A stretch of DNA of 63,088 nt, filler included, from Squatina squatina (taxonomy: Eukaryota): NCBI GenBank assembly GCA_031763465.1. It is 4 parts of 4 records of this genome, joined end to end, with 100 filler letters (N's around TTAATTAATTAA, not from the genome) between each part and the next. Parts side by side here need not be neighbours in the genome. Positions count along the whole stretch, not along the records: positions 36,227 to 49,949 come from JARFOE010000051.1; 3 more parts are not named here. One strand, given 5' to 3'. This document shows, one piece after another, positions 36,227-48,562 of this stretch. Every line of letters starts with the position of its first letter. Position 1 is the stretch's first letter. The position numbers were made by a program, and so were the translations under genes. The notes under the pieces were generated by a model. The model made no database searches and had not been told where the DNA came from. It saw nothing but the letters and a program-made list of their open reading frames with translations.

Positions 36227-37393
36227 GGTGGTGACCAGGCGTGAGGTTGCAACCGGGGGGTGGGGGGGGGGCGGGGTGGTGCGGGAGGGTGTTTCATGGG
36301 AGAGGACTAGGTGACGGGTCATGGACATAGTACAGGACCAAGAGGCAAGAGAGGAGATGTGGTTGATTGAGAAGCAGTGAACACCAACCTTGGGTTTTAA
36401 GAGGTTGTGCAAGGATGGGAACACTGACGGAGATTAGAATAATTGCACAATTTCCACTCTTGGTAAAGGATGAGTAGAGGAAGGTGCAGTGAGTCTTGAA
36501 CACCAGGACTGCATGAAGAAGGAAGATGGTGTGCGCTTGGGCCGATGCATTTTGGTGGGGCGGGGGGGGCGATGTTGGGAAGGTTTTTTTTAAAACCGTG
36601 TAACGCCTGCGTTTTTTCTCTTCCAGCCTCACCCGAATGTTAAACCAATGGCGTACGCAAACTCGCTACTGCAGATGGGGATGATGTAGCATCGAGCGTC
36701 TGGTTTGGACAGTAACCCCTCCCATAGCGGGGTGGGGTGGTGGCGTCAGGGTTTAATTTAATCTTCCTCACTAGCTCTGCCATCGCTGAACCAAGTCTCC
36801 CGCCTTCCCAGTACCACGGCCCTCACTGACTTGTGTTCCGTGAAGTGCAGGATCTCCCTCTCAAAACATGTGCGCTGTCCCCCGCGCACTGTATGTACAC
36901 GCGTGCCCTTGCAAGCACGGTTCCAGATTAGATCGTTAGACTCTGCAGAATAAATTTATTTAATTTCCTTATCTGCTGCGGGTTCTCTCTTCATCTGTCG
37001 CCCCTCCACTTTTAACTAGCCCAGTGATTGTTCTCAGCCCCTGCTTTCTCTTAATGGGCTGAGGAGGGCAGGGATAAAGTTGATCACGCACGTGAGCTTG
37101 TTTTTTTTTTCTCTCCCCTCCACTGTCCTGCCCCCCCTTCTCCCCTTTCATTCCTCTCTTCTCCCCCCAGCCCCCCACACCTCACTAAAACCAGATCTCC
37201 AGCGTTCCATAAACAAATGACCAAGGCAATGTAATCGAACGCACAGTTCATTGCAACGCACATTAGTTTTACACAATCAAAAAAAGCTTGTTGGCACGCA
37301 CGTGCAGAAGTAGGTTCTGAGCCCAGTCTCTGATTCTCGCTCCTTTATCAGCGCTGGGACGTTCCGACTCTCGTTCTTGGCGGGGGGGGGGGG
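36227..37393. promoter_or_regulatory. CpG/G-rich promoter-like contig of an unidentified gene
   Basis: Elevated CpG, G-tracts, GC boxes and two CACGCACGTG motifs (~37085 and ~37295). No recognisable repeat or coding sequence. Confidence 0.5.
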
Positions 37394-37493
37394 NNNNNNN
37401 NNNNNNNNNNNNNNNNNNNNNNNNNNNNNNNNNNNNNNNNNNNNNNNNNNNNNNNNNNNNNNNNNNNNNNNNNNNNNNNNNNNNNNNNNNNNN

Positions 37494-37822
37494 TAACAAA
37501 TCCATGCTGACTGTCCCTGATTAATCTGTGTCTTTCTAAATGAAGATTTATCCTGTCCCTCAGAATTTTTCCAATAATTTTCCCACCATGGAGGTTCGGC
37601 TGACTGGCCTATAATTACTCAGTCTATCCCTTTCTCCATTTTTAAATAACAGTACCACATTAGCAGTCCTCCAGTCCTCCTGCACCACACCTGTAGCCAG
37701 AGAGGATCAGAAAATGATGGTCAGCGCCTCTGCTATTTCCTCTCTTGCATCAGCCTGGGATACATTTCATCCGGGCCTGGGGATTTATCCACAGTATTAA
37801 GATGGTAAACCTCTTAATACTT
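37494..37822 (-). mobile_element. CR1 ORF2 fragment (start of RT), inverted
   Basis: Reverse complement encodes KSPGPDEMYPRL...PEDWRTANVVLLF...NYRPVS...SQHGFV. Confidence 0.85.
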
Positions 37823-38514
37823 CCTAGGGTATATGTGCACAAATCATTGAAGGTGGCAGGGCAGATTGAGAAAGCGGTTAAAAAAGCATATGGGACACAG
37901 AGCTTCATAAATAGAGGCATAAAGTACAAAAGCAAGGAAGTTATGATGAACCTTCATAAAATACTGGTTTGGCCTCAACGGCAGTATTGTGTCAAATTCT
38001 AGGCACCACACTTTAGGAAGGATGTGAAAACCTTCGAGAGGGTGCAGAAAGATTTATGAGAATAATTTCAGGGATGCGGGACTTCAGTTACGTGGATAGT
38101 CTGGGGAAGCCGGGGCTGTTCTCCTTAGAGCAGAGAAGGTTGAGAGAAGATTTAAAGTCATGAGGGGTCGGGACAGAGTAGATAGAGAGAAACTGTTCTC
38201 ATTGGTGGAAGGGTCGAGAACTAGAGGACACAGATTTAAGGTGATTGGCAAAAGAACCAAAGGAGACATAAGAAAAAACTGTTTTACACAGCGAGTGGTT
38301 AAGATCTGGAATGCACGGCCTGAAAGGACGGTGGAGGCAAATTCAGTCACTGCTTTCAAAGGGAATTGGATAAGTATCTGAAAGAAAAAGATTTGCAGGG
38401 CTAGCGGGACAGGGCCGGGGAGTGGGACTAGCTGAGGGGCTCTTGCAGAGAGCCAGCACGGGCTTAATGGGCCGAATGGCCTCCTTCTGTGCTGTAACCA
38501 TTCTATGGTTCTAT
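37823..38514 (+). mobile_element. CR1 3' portion
   Basis: LGVYVHKSLK...LV.PQ..YCV.F, GHRFKV, VVKIWN, and tail GGGCCGAATGGCCTCCTTCTGTGCTGTAACCATTCTATG. Confidence 0.9.
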
Positions 38515-39517
38515 ATCTGTACCACCCAATCCTTCTCGTTTTGTTTAATTTAAATTGTAAATTGCTTCACACCACGTTATGCAATCAAGTAGAAACATCC
38601 CATACTTTTTACAGCTTATGATGCAAACCCTCTTGCGTCCAGGCACCAATTACATTTGTAATTGACAAAGAAATCAATGGCTCGAGCAGTTTCTTGCTGA
38701 CTCATGGGTAAGCATGCCGTGCACTGCAGGTACTTCAAGGTGGCAGGAACATTTCCAGAACAATTCCAGACAATGTTAAGACAAACACCAGGGCATGTAG
38801 AGAGGAGCAATTTTGGCCACAAATGATTTTATTAGACATTTTCATGATGCACACAAGTATAAACAGCCGGTAAACTGTTCTGAAGTTGAGTTGTGTTTGT
38901 AACGTTGGGAAGTAATGAGAATGGAATCATAAACAAATTATTGGCGCCTATAAAAAAGATATATGCACGCACCATCAACAACTGGGAAAGCAACCCACCC
39001 ATAACAACATCTAGGTTGCATTCACTTTGTAACGGACAAAAGCTGATATTTAGATCATTTGAAATAGTCCAACACGTACATATGGTGGAATCATACTAAC
39101 CAAAAGTCCATTCTACCAAGACTTGCTTATAAAATAACTTTAAAAAGTAAAATTGGGACTTGTTAATTGGGAAAGCAAATGTCAGGAATATGCTCAGATC
39201 AAGATCCCGTGCATGCGGTATAACTGCAGTCTTATACGCACACATACGAAATGTGAAGTATATCACATGTTCACAGTCTAGACACAAGCATTTCCTGACA
39301 TGTTTCTGAAGTAGTTGACATGTCTGTAAACTGTTCTTTGATTAATCATATTTTGAACAAATCCAGCTACAAGTGATGATCTCCCCTTCAATAAACCATT
39401 CCATTAACACAAGTCCACTGCTGCAAAAATAACTCACATTCTCTTATTTTATAATTCCACTGCCCTGGGGGCCACTATTTTTAATATTAAGAGGGAAAGT
39501 CATTGCCCATTTTCTCT

Positions 39518-39876
39518 TAAGGGGCTTGACAGGGTAGATACTGGAAAGCTGTTTCTCCTGGCTGGAGAGTCCAGAACTAGGGAGCATAGTCTCAGGATAA
39601 GAGGTCGGCCATTTAAGACTAAGATGAGGAGGAATTTCTTCACTCAGAGGGTTGTGAATCTTTAGAATTCTCTATCCCAAAGAGCTGTGGATGCTGAATC
39701 ATTGAGTATATGCAAGGCTGAGATAGATTTTTGGACTCTCGGGGAATTCAGGGATATGGCGATCGGGCGGGAAAGCAGAGTTAAAGTCGAAGTACAGCCA
39801 TGATCTTAATGAATGGCAAAGTAGTCTTGAGGGGCCATACGGCCGACTCCTGCTCCGAGTTCTGTTATGTTCATAT
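39518..39876 (+). mobile_element. CR1 3' end
   Basis: GHSLRIRGRPF.T.MRRNFF.QRVVN plus the 3'UTR. Confidence 0.85.
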
Positions 39877-39994
39877 GATGTAACTGAAGTCTCACTTATG
39901 TACTTTTCATGTTTAATGGAAACTAGAGCTGCATCAGGAAGATGTCCAAAATCTTTGTTTTGTCTGAAAATTATGAACTTAGTAAAATTTATTA

Positions 39995-40370
39995 CCAGAA
40001 AAAGCACGGAGGAGGATTTCAGCAGCAGATGGGCTGAAGCAGGAATGGAGATGGGCGATGTTACGGAGGTGGAAGCAGGAGGTCTTTGTGATGTAGAAAA
40101 TATAGGAATAGAAACTCAACTCGGAGTTGAGCAGGACTCCAAGGTTGCCTATCACAATCTGGTCAAGTATAACACTGTCTGTAGTGGAGCTGATGACTAT
40201 GACTTCAGTATTCTTGATATTCAGCTGTAGGAAGTTCAGGCTCAACAAGGGCTGGATTGTCAGACTAGTAGCCTGATGGAACAGAGGCAGTAGAGGCACT
40301 GAGGGAGGTGGGAGAGGTAGAACTAGGTGTCCAGGCCAAAGCGAACCCTGTGTCTACAGATGGCGTCACA
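39995..40370 (-). mobile_element. L2 LINE ORF2 fragment
   Basis: NFLQLNIKNTE...NLGVLL.SELSF..I..ITKT..FHLRNIA. Confidence 0.75.
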
Positions 40371-40660
40371 AGGGGGCAGCACATAGGCAAGAACAAGTGA
40401 ATGGATCACAATTATACCCTCCAATCTCGTCAAAAGAATGTATTCCCCCACCTCCCCTTTCAGGTTCACTTAACATAGAACATACAGCACATAACAGGCC
40501 CTTCGGCCCACGATATTGTGCCGAACCTTTGTCCCAGATCAGAAAACANNNNNNNNNNNNNNNNNNNNNNNNNNNNNNNNNNNNNNNNNNNNNNNNNNNN
40601 NNNNNNNNNNNNNNNNNNNNNNNNNNNNNNNNNNNNNNNNNNNNNNNNNNNNNNNNNNNN

Positions 40661-41731
40661 AGTTGCTCAAACTCTGAGCTTGAGGAGTAGCTGGATTCAC
40701 TGTAGGGCATACAAGAGACTGAGAATTTGCGAGAGCGTATATTCCAGGAGGTGGTCACCCCATAGCTACAGAGAGTTCAGGAGAATAGTGTGACTGGCCA
40801 TCCAGCAAGGTAGGAAGAGTCAGGCAGTGCAGGAATCCTCTGGGAGTGTGGCACTCAAGCTGGTTTTCAGCGCTGAATACCAGTGAGGGTGATGACACCT
40901 TGGGGGAGTGCAGTTTAGAGTACATCCATGGCACTGTGGGAAAATGACTGCACAGGGGGGCACAGCAAAGTGTAAAAATTGAATGGTTGTAGGGGATTCG
41001 ATAGTCAGAGGGATGACCGGCGTTTCTGCAAGTATCGACGTGAGACCCGCATGGTGTGTTGTCTCCCTGGTACCAGGGTAAAGGACATCACTGAGAAGGT
41101 GCAGAACATTATGAAGGGGAAGGGAAACAGCCAGTAGTTGTGGTCTATATGGGAACCAATGACATAGGAAGAAAAAAGGTTGAGGTCATGCAATCAGAGT
41201 TTCTGGAGCTAGAGAGGAAGTTAAAAAGCAGGATCACAAAGATAGCAATCTCTATTAGTTCCAATGCCACACACTAGTGAGTATAGGAACAGTAGGATAA
41301 AACAGGTTAATTCATGGCTGGAGAAATGGTAAGCAAGGAAAGCTGCAGGGCCCTGGGGCATTGGGTGCAGTTCTGGAGCAGAAGAGACCAGTTCAAGATA
41401 GATGGGTTGCACCTCAACAGAGCTGGGACCAATGTTCTCGTGGGGAAGTTAACTAGTTTTGTCGGGGAGGGTTTAAACTAATTTGGCAGGGGCTTGGGCA
41501 CCTGGATAAAACATAAACTAAAGGGTACAGTCCTAAAGGGGATGCATGAACAGAGAAACCTGGGGGTATGTGTTCACAATTCTACGAAGGTGGGAGGGCA
41601 GGTTGAGAAAAATGTTAAAAAAGCTTATGGGATACTGGGCTTCATAAATAAAGTAAAAAAGCAAGGAAGTTATGATGAACCTTTACAAACCGCTGGTTGA
41701 GCCTCAACTGGAGTATTGTGTCCAATTCTGG
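40661..41731 (+). mobile_element. CR1 ORF1 esterase fused to the post-RT part of ORF2
   Basis: VVGDSIVRG, VCCLPG.RVKD, GTNDIG and DGLHLN...GEGLN* (~41481), followed almost at once by LKG..L.GM.EQRNLGV.VH. Confidence 0.85.
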
Positions 41732-41837
41732 NNNNNNNNNNNNNNNNNNNNNNNNNNNNNNNNNNNNNNNNNNNNNNNNNNNNNNNNNNNNNNNNNNNNN
41801 NNNNNNNNNNNNNNNNNNNNNNNNNNNNNNNAGGGCT

Positions 41838-42190
41838 CTTTTTATTCGCTCCTGGGATGTGGGCGTCGCTGGCAAGGCCAGCATTTATTGGCCATCCCTA
41901 GTTGCCCCTCGAGAAGGTGATGATGAGCCGCCTTCTTGAACCGCTGCAGTCCGTGTGGTGAAGGTGCTCCCACAGTGCTTGTTAGGGAGGGAGTTCCAGG
42001 ACTTTGACCCAGCGGCGATGTAGGAATGGCGATATATTTCCAGGTCAGGATGGTGCGCAACTTGGAGGGGATCTTGGAGATGGTGGTGTTTCCATGGGCC
42101 TGCTGCCCTTGTTCTTCTCGGTGGTAGAGGCCGCGGGTTTGGGAGGTGCTACCGAAGAAGCCTTGGCGAGTTGCTGCAGTGCATCTTGTA
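41838..42190 (-). mobile_element. 3' end of the second CR1-group LINE family
   Basis: Reverse complement reads TILTWKYIA...PSPHGLQRFKKAAHHHLL. The same sequence recurs at 42927-43100. Confidence 0.8.
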
Positions 42191-42593
42191 GCTTCACTTG
42201 TTTTTCTAAGAGAAATTTTGAGCAAGTGTTACTCAGTGAAGTTACATATAAGACTAATGAATCCTCCTGAATCATATTCCATTTGTCTGATTTGTCTCAA
42301 TCTGGAAAGATTGCTGCTTCCAATCCATTTTAAGATCTCCACAAGTCGTATTATTATCAAGATAATGTTCTAGGAGTCACTCTCCTCACGGTTAAATGTG
42401 ATCTTCCATTGTGATGTCAAGGTAGCGTATTACATTGGCCGTCTGGCATCCTACAGCAACAAGCAAAGGAATTTAGTGCGAGGCAGAGAGGTTGTGATTA
42501 ATGGTTTTAGCCAGTTGAAGTAATTCAAGTATGTTAATATAAAACTGGAAAGAAAAATATAAATTTTTTTGGAAAACGTACATAGAAAAAAAT

Positions 42594-42826
42594 GGGCCAG
42601 AAATCACATAGCGCCCCATTTGGGCGATAAGTTTTGTGGTAACGCAACAAGTATCGTCGGGCGCTATGCAGGTTTCGCGCTCCAGGAAGGAAGTGGAGCC
42701 CTAAATCAAGCCCTTGGAATGTTAAAGCCGACAAGAGGGGTGGTAGCGTTACAGCGCTGCACAATGCCCAGTGCAGCATTGCCGGGATCCAAGGCTGCTT
42801 CACTCCCTTAAAGGGATGGGCCATTG
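42594..42826. mobile_element. GC-rich MITE-like end (Harbinger-type)
   Basis: Starts GGGCCAGAAAT, contains the inverted pair CATAGCGCCC / GGGCGCTATG, CpG-rich. Confidence 0.45.
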
Positions 42827-42926
42827 NNNNNNNNNNNNNNNNNNNNNNNNNNNNNNNNNNNNNNNNNNNNNNNNNNNNNNNNNNNNNNNNNNNNNNNNNN
42901 NNNNNNNNNNNNNNNNNNNNNNNNNN

Positions 42927-43100
42927 CTTGAACCGCTGCAGTCCGTGTGGTGAAGGTGCTCCCACAGTGCTGTTGGGGAGGGAGTTCCAGGATTTTGACC
43001 CAGCAATGATGAAGGAACGGTGATTTATTTCCACGTCAGGATGGTTTGTGACTTGAAATGTGGAGGTGATGGTTGTGGGCTTGGGAGGTGCTACTGAAGA
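42927..43100 (-). mobile_element. Second-family LINE 3' fragment
   Basis: First ~110 nt closely match 41935-42050 (GSKSWNSLP..VG.PSPHGLQRFK). Confidence 0.8.
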
Positions 43101-43594
43101 CACCTGAAACAGCCTGTTGATTTTTTTAAAAATGCAAAACTGTATCAAAATACTACTTTTAACTGCAAAATTTTGAACAAGTTTTCCCTTGGTTGGCATA
43201 AAGCATTCTAATACACTTTTTAAAAATAAAAAAGCACATATTTAAACTTTAATTCCAGCCGCATTTTCTTTGAACACAATGCACATGAGTCGTTCGGTTT
43301 AATAAAAGCTGGGCTAATTAAGTAGTTTTTGAAAATTCGGGGCTGTCGAAATCCACTGACTCAATAAGAAGGAGTTACAAAGACTGCCGTCTGTAAAACA
43401 CTGGGGAAACAATTCAGTAACTATCTTCTTGTGCTTTGAATTAATGAAAAGATTGTTTTTAGAAAAAATCAGTCCCATACCCTGCTAATCCTGTTAATGT
43501 TTTTTTTGTAAAGGGCTTGTAAGAGTTACAGTGCCCCTGACTGTACTGGTAATCCACGCTGACAATAGGTGATATAACTTTCTTTCTCTTGCAG

Positions 43595-43787
43595 AGGTGC
43601 CACTTGGCAGGCACTGGGTTATTGAGAAAGAAAAGTTTCTATTCAGTGAAAGCCACAGGAGACCCCTGAAGTTTCCAGTGGGTAGGATGTTGCTACCAAT
43701 ACAGAGTACTCCCAGTAATTCCAGAGGCACTCCTACGATACACCCTGTCTCAACAACTGCAAAGCTAGGCTGCCCTCCAAGAACCAG
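43595..43787 (+). CDS. Candidate exon, product unknown
   Basis: Strong polypyrimidine tract plus cag|, and an AG|gtaaa donor. One frame is open: VPLGRHWVIEKEKFLFSESHRRPLKFPVGRMLLPIQ... Confidence 0.35.
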
Positions 43788-44039
43788 GTAAAAACAGCTC
43801 TCGGAATAGCAGTATTGAAGTTCAGATTGCTGAGCTCCTGGGTCAACCTGAAACTAATCCTATTTGGCAACTTCTCAGTATCTGAACTTAATAACAGGCC
43901 TTGCCCTGGGAAGAAGTACCGATGCCAAAGGGAACTTGGNNNNNNNNNNNNNNNNNNNNNNNNNNNNNNNNNNNNNNNNNNNNNNNNNNNNNNNNNNNNN
44001 NNNNNNNNNNNNNNNNNNNNNNNNNNNNNNNNNNNNNNN

Positions 44040-44337
44040 AATTCTGCCCTCTTGAGCATCCCTGATTATAATCGCTCAACCATTGGTGGCCGTGCCTTCT
44101 GTTGCCTAGGCCCTAAGCTCTGGAATTCCCTGCCTAAACCTCTCCGCCTCTCTACCTCTCTTTCCTCCTTTAAGAGGCTCCTTAAAACCTACCTCTTTGA
44201 CCAAGCTTTTCATCATCTGCCCCAATTTCTCCTTATGTGGCTCGGTGTCAAATTTTTTGTTTTATATTACTCCTGCGAAGCACCTGGGGACGTTTTGCCA
44301 TGTTAAAGGCGCTATATAAAAACAAGTTGTTGTTGTT
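44040..44337 (+). mobile_element. L2 LINE 3' end
   Basis: IGGRAF..LGPKLWNSLP..LR.S.SL.SFK.LLKTYLF, with tail AAAGGCGCTATATAAA..AAG(TTG)n. Confidence 0.88.
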
Positions 44338-44884
44338 ATTATAATCTGCAGCAGAGCTCCCCCCACCCCAACCCCCGCAAGCCAGAGCACCTGAGGGATT
44401 CTCCCACAGATTTGGATGGGGCTATCAGCTGGCCATGGCAGTGGGCGAAAATCCCGTCATGCCACACTTCTGCCCCTTTGAAAGTTTCACAAAATCGTTG
44501 GGCTCCTGACAATACTGGAATAGATAGAGATTGTGTATGGCGACCATTACATGAAGCTGCTTGGTTTCTTAATTGTTTTACAAAATACATCCCATTCATA
44601 TTTCTCTCTATTGCAGGAGACAGATGCCATCTGCTGTTGTTTTGGGGATAGTGCAAAAATCCAATCATTTCTGAATATTTCACAAAAATAAAGCAGGGAC
44701 AAATACAGGTATCAAACAGGTTTATGTGCAAGTTCATGTTGTAGAACGTTGAACTATGTTACTTTTTTCAACAACTGGGTCAGTTACAGTGGCAAAGAAA
44801 AATCGTCAGGAGAGTAGGTGTAGCTGATATTTTTTTTTACATGTGGTAGATCAGTTGTGCATTTAAATTGGCAGGTGGTGTAAT

Positions 44885-45316
44885 AAAAGAAAGATTTGCA
44901 TTTATATAGTGCCCTTCACGGCCTCAGGATGTCCCAAAGTGCTTTACAGCCAATGAAGTACTTTTGAAGTGTAGTGACTGTCGTAATGTAAGAAATGCGG
45001 CAGCTAATTTGCGCACAGCAAGGTCCCACAAACAGCAATGTGATAATGACCAGGTAATCTGTTTTTGTTACATTGATTGAAGGATAAATATTGGCCAGGG
45101 TGCCAGGGATAACTCCCTTGCTCTTCTTTGAAATAGTGCTACAGGATCTTTTACATCCGCTTGAGAGAGCAGACGGGACCCTCGGTTTAACACCTCATCA
45201 GCCCTGCACTAGTGTGCCAGCCTAGATTTTTATGCTCAAGTCTCTGGAGTGTGACTTGAACCCACAACCTTCTGACGCAGAGGTGAAAGTGCTGCCAACT
45301 GAACCATGGCTGACAC
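44885..45316 (-). mobile_element. Near full-length DeuSINE
   Basis: Reverse complement of the 49065-49520 type, from head to tail. Confidence 0.9.
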
Positions 45317-45686
45317 TTGCATTTATATAGCGCCTTTAACTTAAAAATGCCCAAGGTGCTTCACAGGAGCGTTATCAGGCAAAATTCAACACCGAGCCCC
45401 ACACACATATTACGACAGAGGCGACCAAAGCTTAGTCAAAGAGATAGGTCTTAAGGAACGTCATAAAGGAGGAGAGAGTGGTGCAATAGTTTCGGGAGGG
45501 AATTCCACAACTTACAGCCTAAGCAACTGAAGGTGCGGCTGCTAATGGTGGGGCGATGGAAATCGGGGATACGCAAAAAGCCAGAATTGGATCTGAGGGT
45601 CGTGGGGCTGGAGGAGGTTACGGAGATGGGAAGGGGCATGGTCATGGAGGGATTTGAAAACAAGAATGAGAATTTTAAAATCGAGG
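45317..45686 (-). mobile_element. L2 LINE 3' end
   Basis: DFKILILVFKSLH..APS.L.NLLQP...KLWNSLP. Its tail abuts the SINE head. Confidence 0.85.
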
Positions 45687-46074
45687 NNNNNNNNNNNNNN
45701 NNNNNNNNNNNNNNNNNNNNNNNNNNNNNNNNNNNNNNNNNNNNNNNNNNNNNNNNNNNNNNNNNNNNNNNNNNNNNNNNNNNNNNTTTGAACCATTGCT
45801 TATAAAGATAATCCCAACTTATTAGCGACTGTTAAGTCCTTTTTATAGGCCAAAGAAAAACTTGTGCAGAGTTATATGGGAGGGAAGAGATAAACATTCT
45901 GAACTCTCATTCAAATCTGTGGGTCAGTTACGCAAAAGATAAAGTTAGGTTTACCACAGCATTGTCAGAAGTGAATTGTTCAGCAGTTTGCATCGACATA
46001 GCCTGAGTGCAGTACCGATTACCAGTTACCTCATCAAAAAGCAAGTTTAGCAGATGGTGGCCCAGAAGCACTGA

Positions 46075-46396
46075 GAACATAAACATTAGGAGCAGGAGTA
46101 GGCCATATGGCTCCTCGAGCCTGCTCTGCCATTCAAGTAGATCATGGCTAATCTTCAACCTCAACTCCACTTTCCTGCCCTAACCCCATATCCCTTGATT
46201 CCTCTGGAGTCCACAAATCTATCTTGAATATACTGAGCATCCACAGTACTTTGGGCAGAGAATTCCAAAGATTCACAAATCTCTGAGTGAAGAAATTCAT
46301 CCTCATCTCAGTCTATAGAGGCCAGCCTCTTATCCTGAGACTATGCCCCTTAGTTCTAGACTCACCAGCCAGGGGAAACAATCTCTCAATATTTAT
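46075..46396 (-). mobile_element. CR1 3' end
   Basis: GGAGCAGGAGTAGGCCAT...GAATTCCAAAGATTCAC...CTATGCCCCTTAGTTCTAGACTC. Confidence 0.85.
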
Positions 46397-46496
46397 NNNN
46401 NNNNNNNNNNNNNNNNNNNNNNNNNNNNNNNNNNNNNNNNNNNNNNNNNNNNNNNNNNNNNNNNNNNNNNNNNNNNNNNNNNNNNNNNNNNNNNNN

Positions 46497-47168
46497 AGTC
46501 ACTGAAAGCAAACATGCAGGTGCAGCAAGCAGTTAGGAAGGCAAATCATATGTTGGCCTTCATTGCAAGAGGATTTGAGTACAGAAGTAAGGATGTCTTA
46601 CTGCAGTTATACAGGGCCTTGCTGAGACCACACCTGGAGTATTGCGCACAATTTTGGTCACCTTACCTAAGAAAGGATATACTTGCCATAGAGGGAGTGC
46701 AGCGAAGGTTCACCAGAGATGGCAGGACTGTCGTGTGAGGAGCAATTGGGTCAACTGGGCCTGTATTCACTAGAGTTTAGAAGAATGAGAGGGGATCTGA
46801 TTGAAACGTATAAAATTCTAACAGGGCCAGACAGACTAGATGCAGGGAGGATGTTTCCCCTAGTTGGGGAGTGTAGAGCCCGGGGTCACAGTCTCAGGAT
46901 ATGGGGTAGACCATTTAGGACTGAGATGAGGAAACATTTCTTCACACAGAGGATGGTGAACCTGTGGAATTCTCTACCACAGATGGCTGAGGAGGCCGGG
47001 TCACTGAGTATATTCAAGAAAAAGATAGATAAACTTTTAGACATTAAAGAAATCAAGGGGTATGGGGAGTAAACGGGAATATGGCGTTGAGATAGAGGAT
47101 CAGCCATGTTCATATTGAATGGTGGAGCAGGCTCGAAGGGCCGAATGGCCTACTCCTGCTCCTATTGT
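46497..47168 (+). mobile_element. CR1 3' portion
   Basis: LYRALLRPHLEYCAQFWSP, RRMRGDLIETYKI, RGHSLRI and VNLWNSLP, plus the CR1 tail. Confidence 0.92.
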
Positions 47169-47452
47169 TTTTCTAAAACAGATCACTTGTTTGAACCCTC
47201 AATCATAAAAATGGTTCACGGTGAGGAGCATCAAAAGGGGAAGGAAGTGAGTTAAAAAGACTCCATGATTGAGAGTGAGGATGAGTCTTGTCCCACCATA
47301 GTAGAAGTTAACATTATTTAAAATCTTTAGCTGTTCTTACAAGGCTAATAAAACTCCTTTAAATTGGTTTATTTATAATGTGTTAAATGATCCACAATGA
47401 AAGCTTTTTCCCAAAGTTTGTGTGTTTCAACCTTTCTGTAAGTCCAACTTAC

Positions 47453-47577
47453 TTTGAAATCTCAGCTACTTCATATCCGCTTTCGAGGACGCTATAATCA
47501 CCTGTACCCATAGCTGTAAGTAGGAGTCTGCTCTTCCCAGTAGCCGCTGCTTCTGCAGTATAGACCACTTGCAATTC
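47453..47577 (-). CDS. GH18 chitinase (CHIA/CHIT1-like) exon following the catalytic exon
   Basis: ttctgtag| acceptor and AA|gtaagt donor, 125 nt. ELQVVYTAEAAATGKSRLLLTAMGTGDYSVLESGYEVAEISK compares with recalled CHIT1 ..EAQTSGKERLLLSAAV...AGYEV. Confidence 0.88.
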
Positions 47578-48001
47578 CTACAGAAGATGAGTAAATTTCC
47601 ATTTAAAAGATTATGATAAACATTCTTCCCAACATAATTACTGTAGTCACAGCTCCTGTTGATAGTGTACCAATCACGGGCATTCGGTCTCTCTTAAACT
47701 GCTGTCATTGGATATGCATTGGATTCTCTGAGATCCTGGTTAAACTAAATATGTTCGGGTCATTTTCAGTGCTTGTCTTTCAGCCATTTTCATGAAGATG
47801 TGGCCTTCACAGGTATTGTGGGTGCATTATTAGTTTTAGGGTCTCTGAAACTCATTTGCATTTGTTTCACACTGTCTAAAGCTTTTAGCAGGACTAAAAT
47901 CTTGTCTAAAAGGAATGAGATGTAAAAGATTTTGTTGCTGAAGTAGATGCAAATGTTCCTACAAGATGTTACATTAAAGGTGATAGTTATAGACCTTTCA
48001 C

Positions 48002-48167
48002 CTTGACCAAGAGTGAGAAACGTTGTTTATCTCCAGCTGGACTGCCTCGAGCGGCAGGATACTCCCAGTCCAGGTCTAAACCATCAAACCCATGCCTCCG
48101 CAGAAAGGTGACTGTGGAACTGATGAACGTTGCTCGAGTTTGCCGTGTCGAGACCATGTCGGTAAAT
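48002..48167 (-). CDS. GH18 chitinase catalytic exon
   Basis: gatttag| acceptor and AAG|gtgaa donor, 166 nt. [55 protein letters not shown] has an intact DxxDxDxE motif and splices in frame to 47577. Confidence 0.95.
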
Positions 48168-48562
48168 CTAAATCACAGGAACAGATTGGAAGTAGAGAAA
48201 GCATTAATTTCATAAATCTCCTTTTGAGAACCGATCGAGTATTTTTTTCTGACCAGTTCTGTTCCTTTGAACACGTAACATGTTCATACTCAACCCCACT
48301 CTTAACAGTTTAATGCCTGCATTTTAATAAAAGAACAGAGGGAAATTTAGTTATGAGTATGTTCGAACTTCAGGCAGGAAGAGTGTCCCTATATTCTGAC
48401 ATTTCCATCATTGACCCAAAAATTCTTCCTGAATAATTTTCTACTTAAATATGTAAAAAATTACATGTGAAGTTGTGCAATGGTAGATCTTTACCTGGGA
48501 TTTATTTGACATTCCTATGTTTTGGGGTTAAATTTCTGGCACAGATTGAAATCCAAACTTAC

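Noticed and set aside
48110-48165. CTGATGA...CGAGAC as a second hammerhead
   Set aside because: It lacks the GAAA box and stems, and it is the antisense strand of the chitinase catalytic exon.
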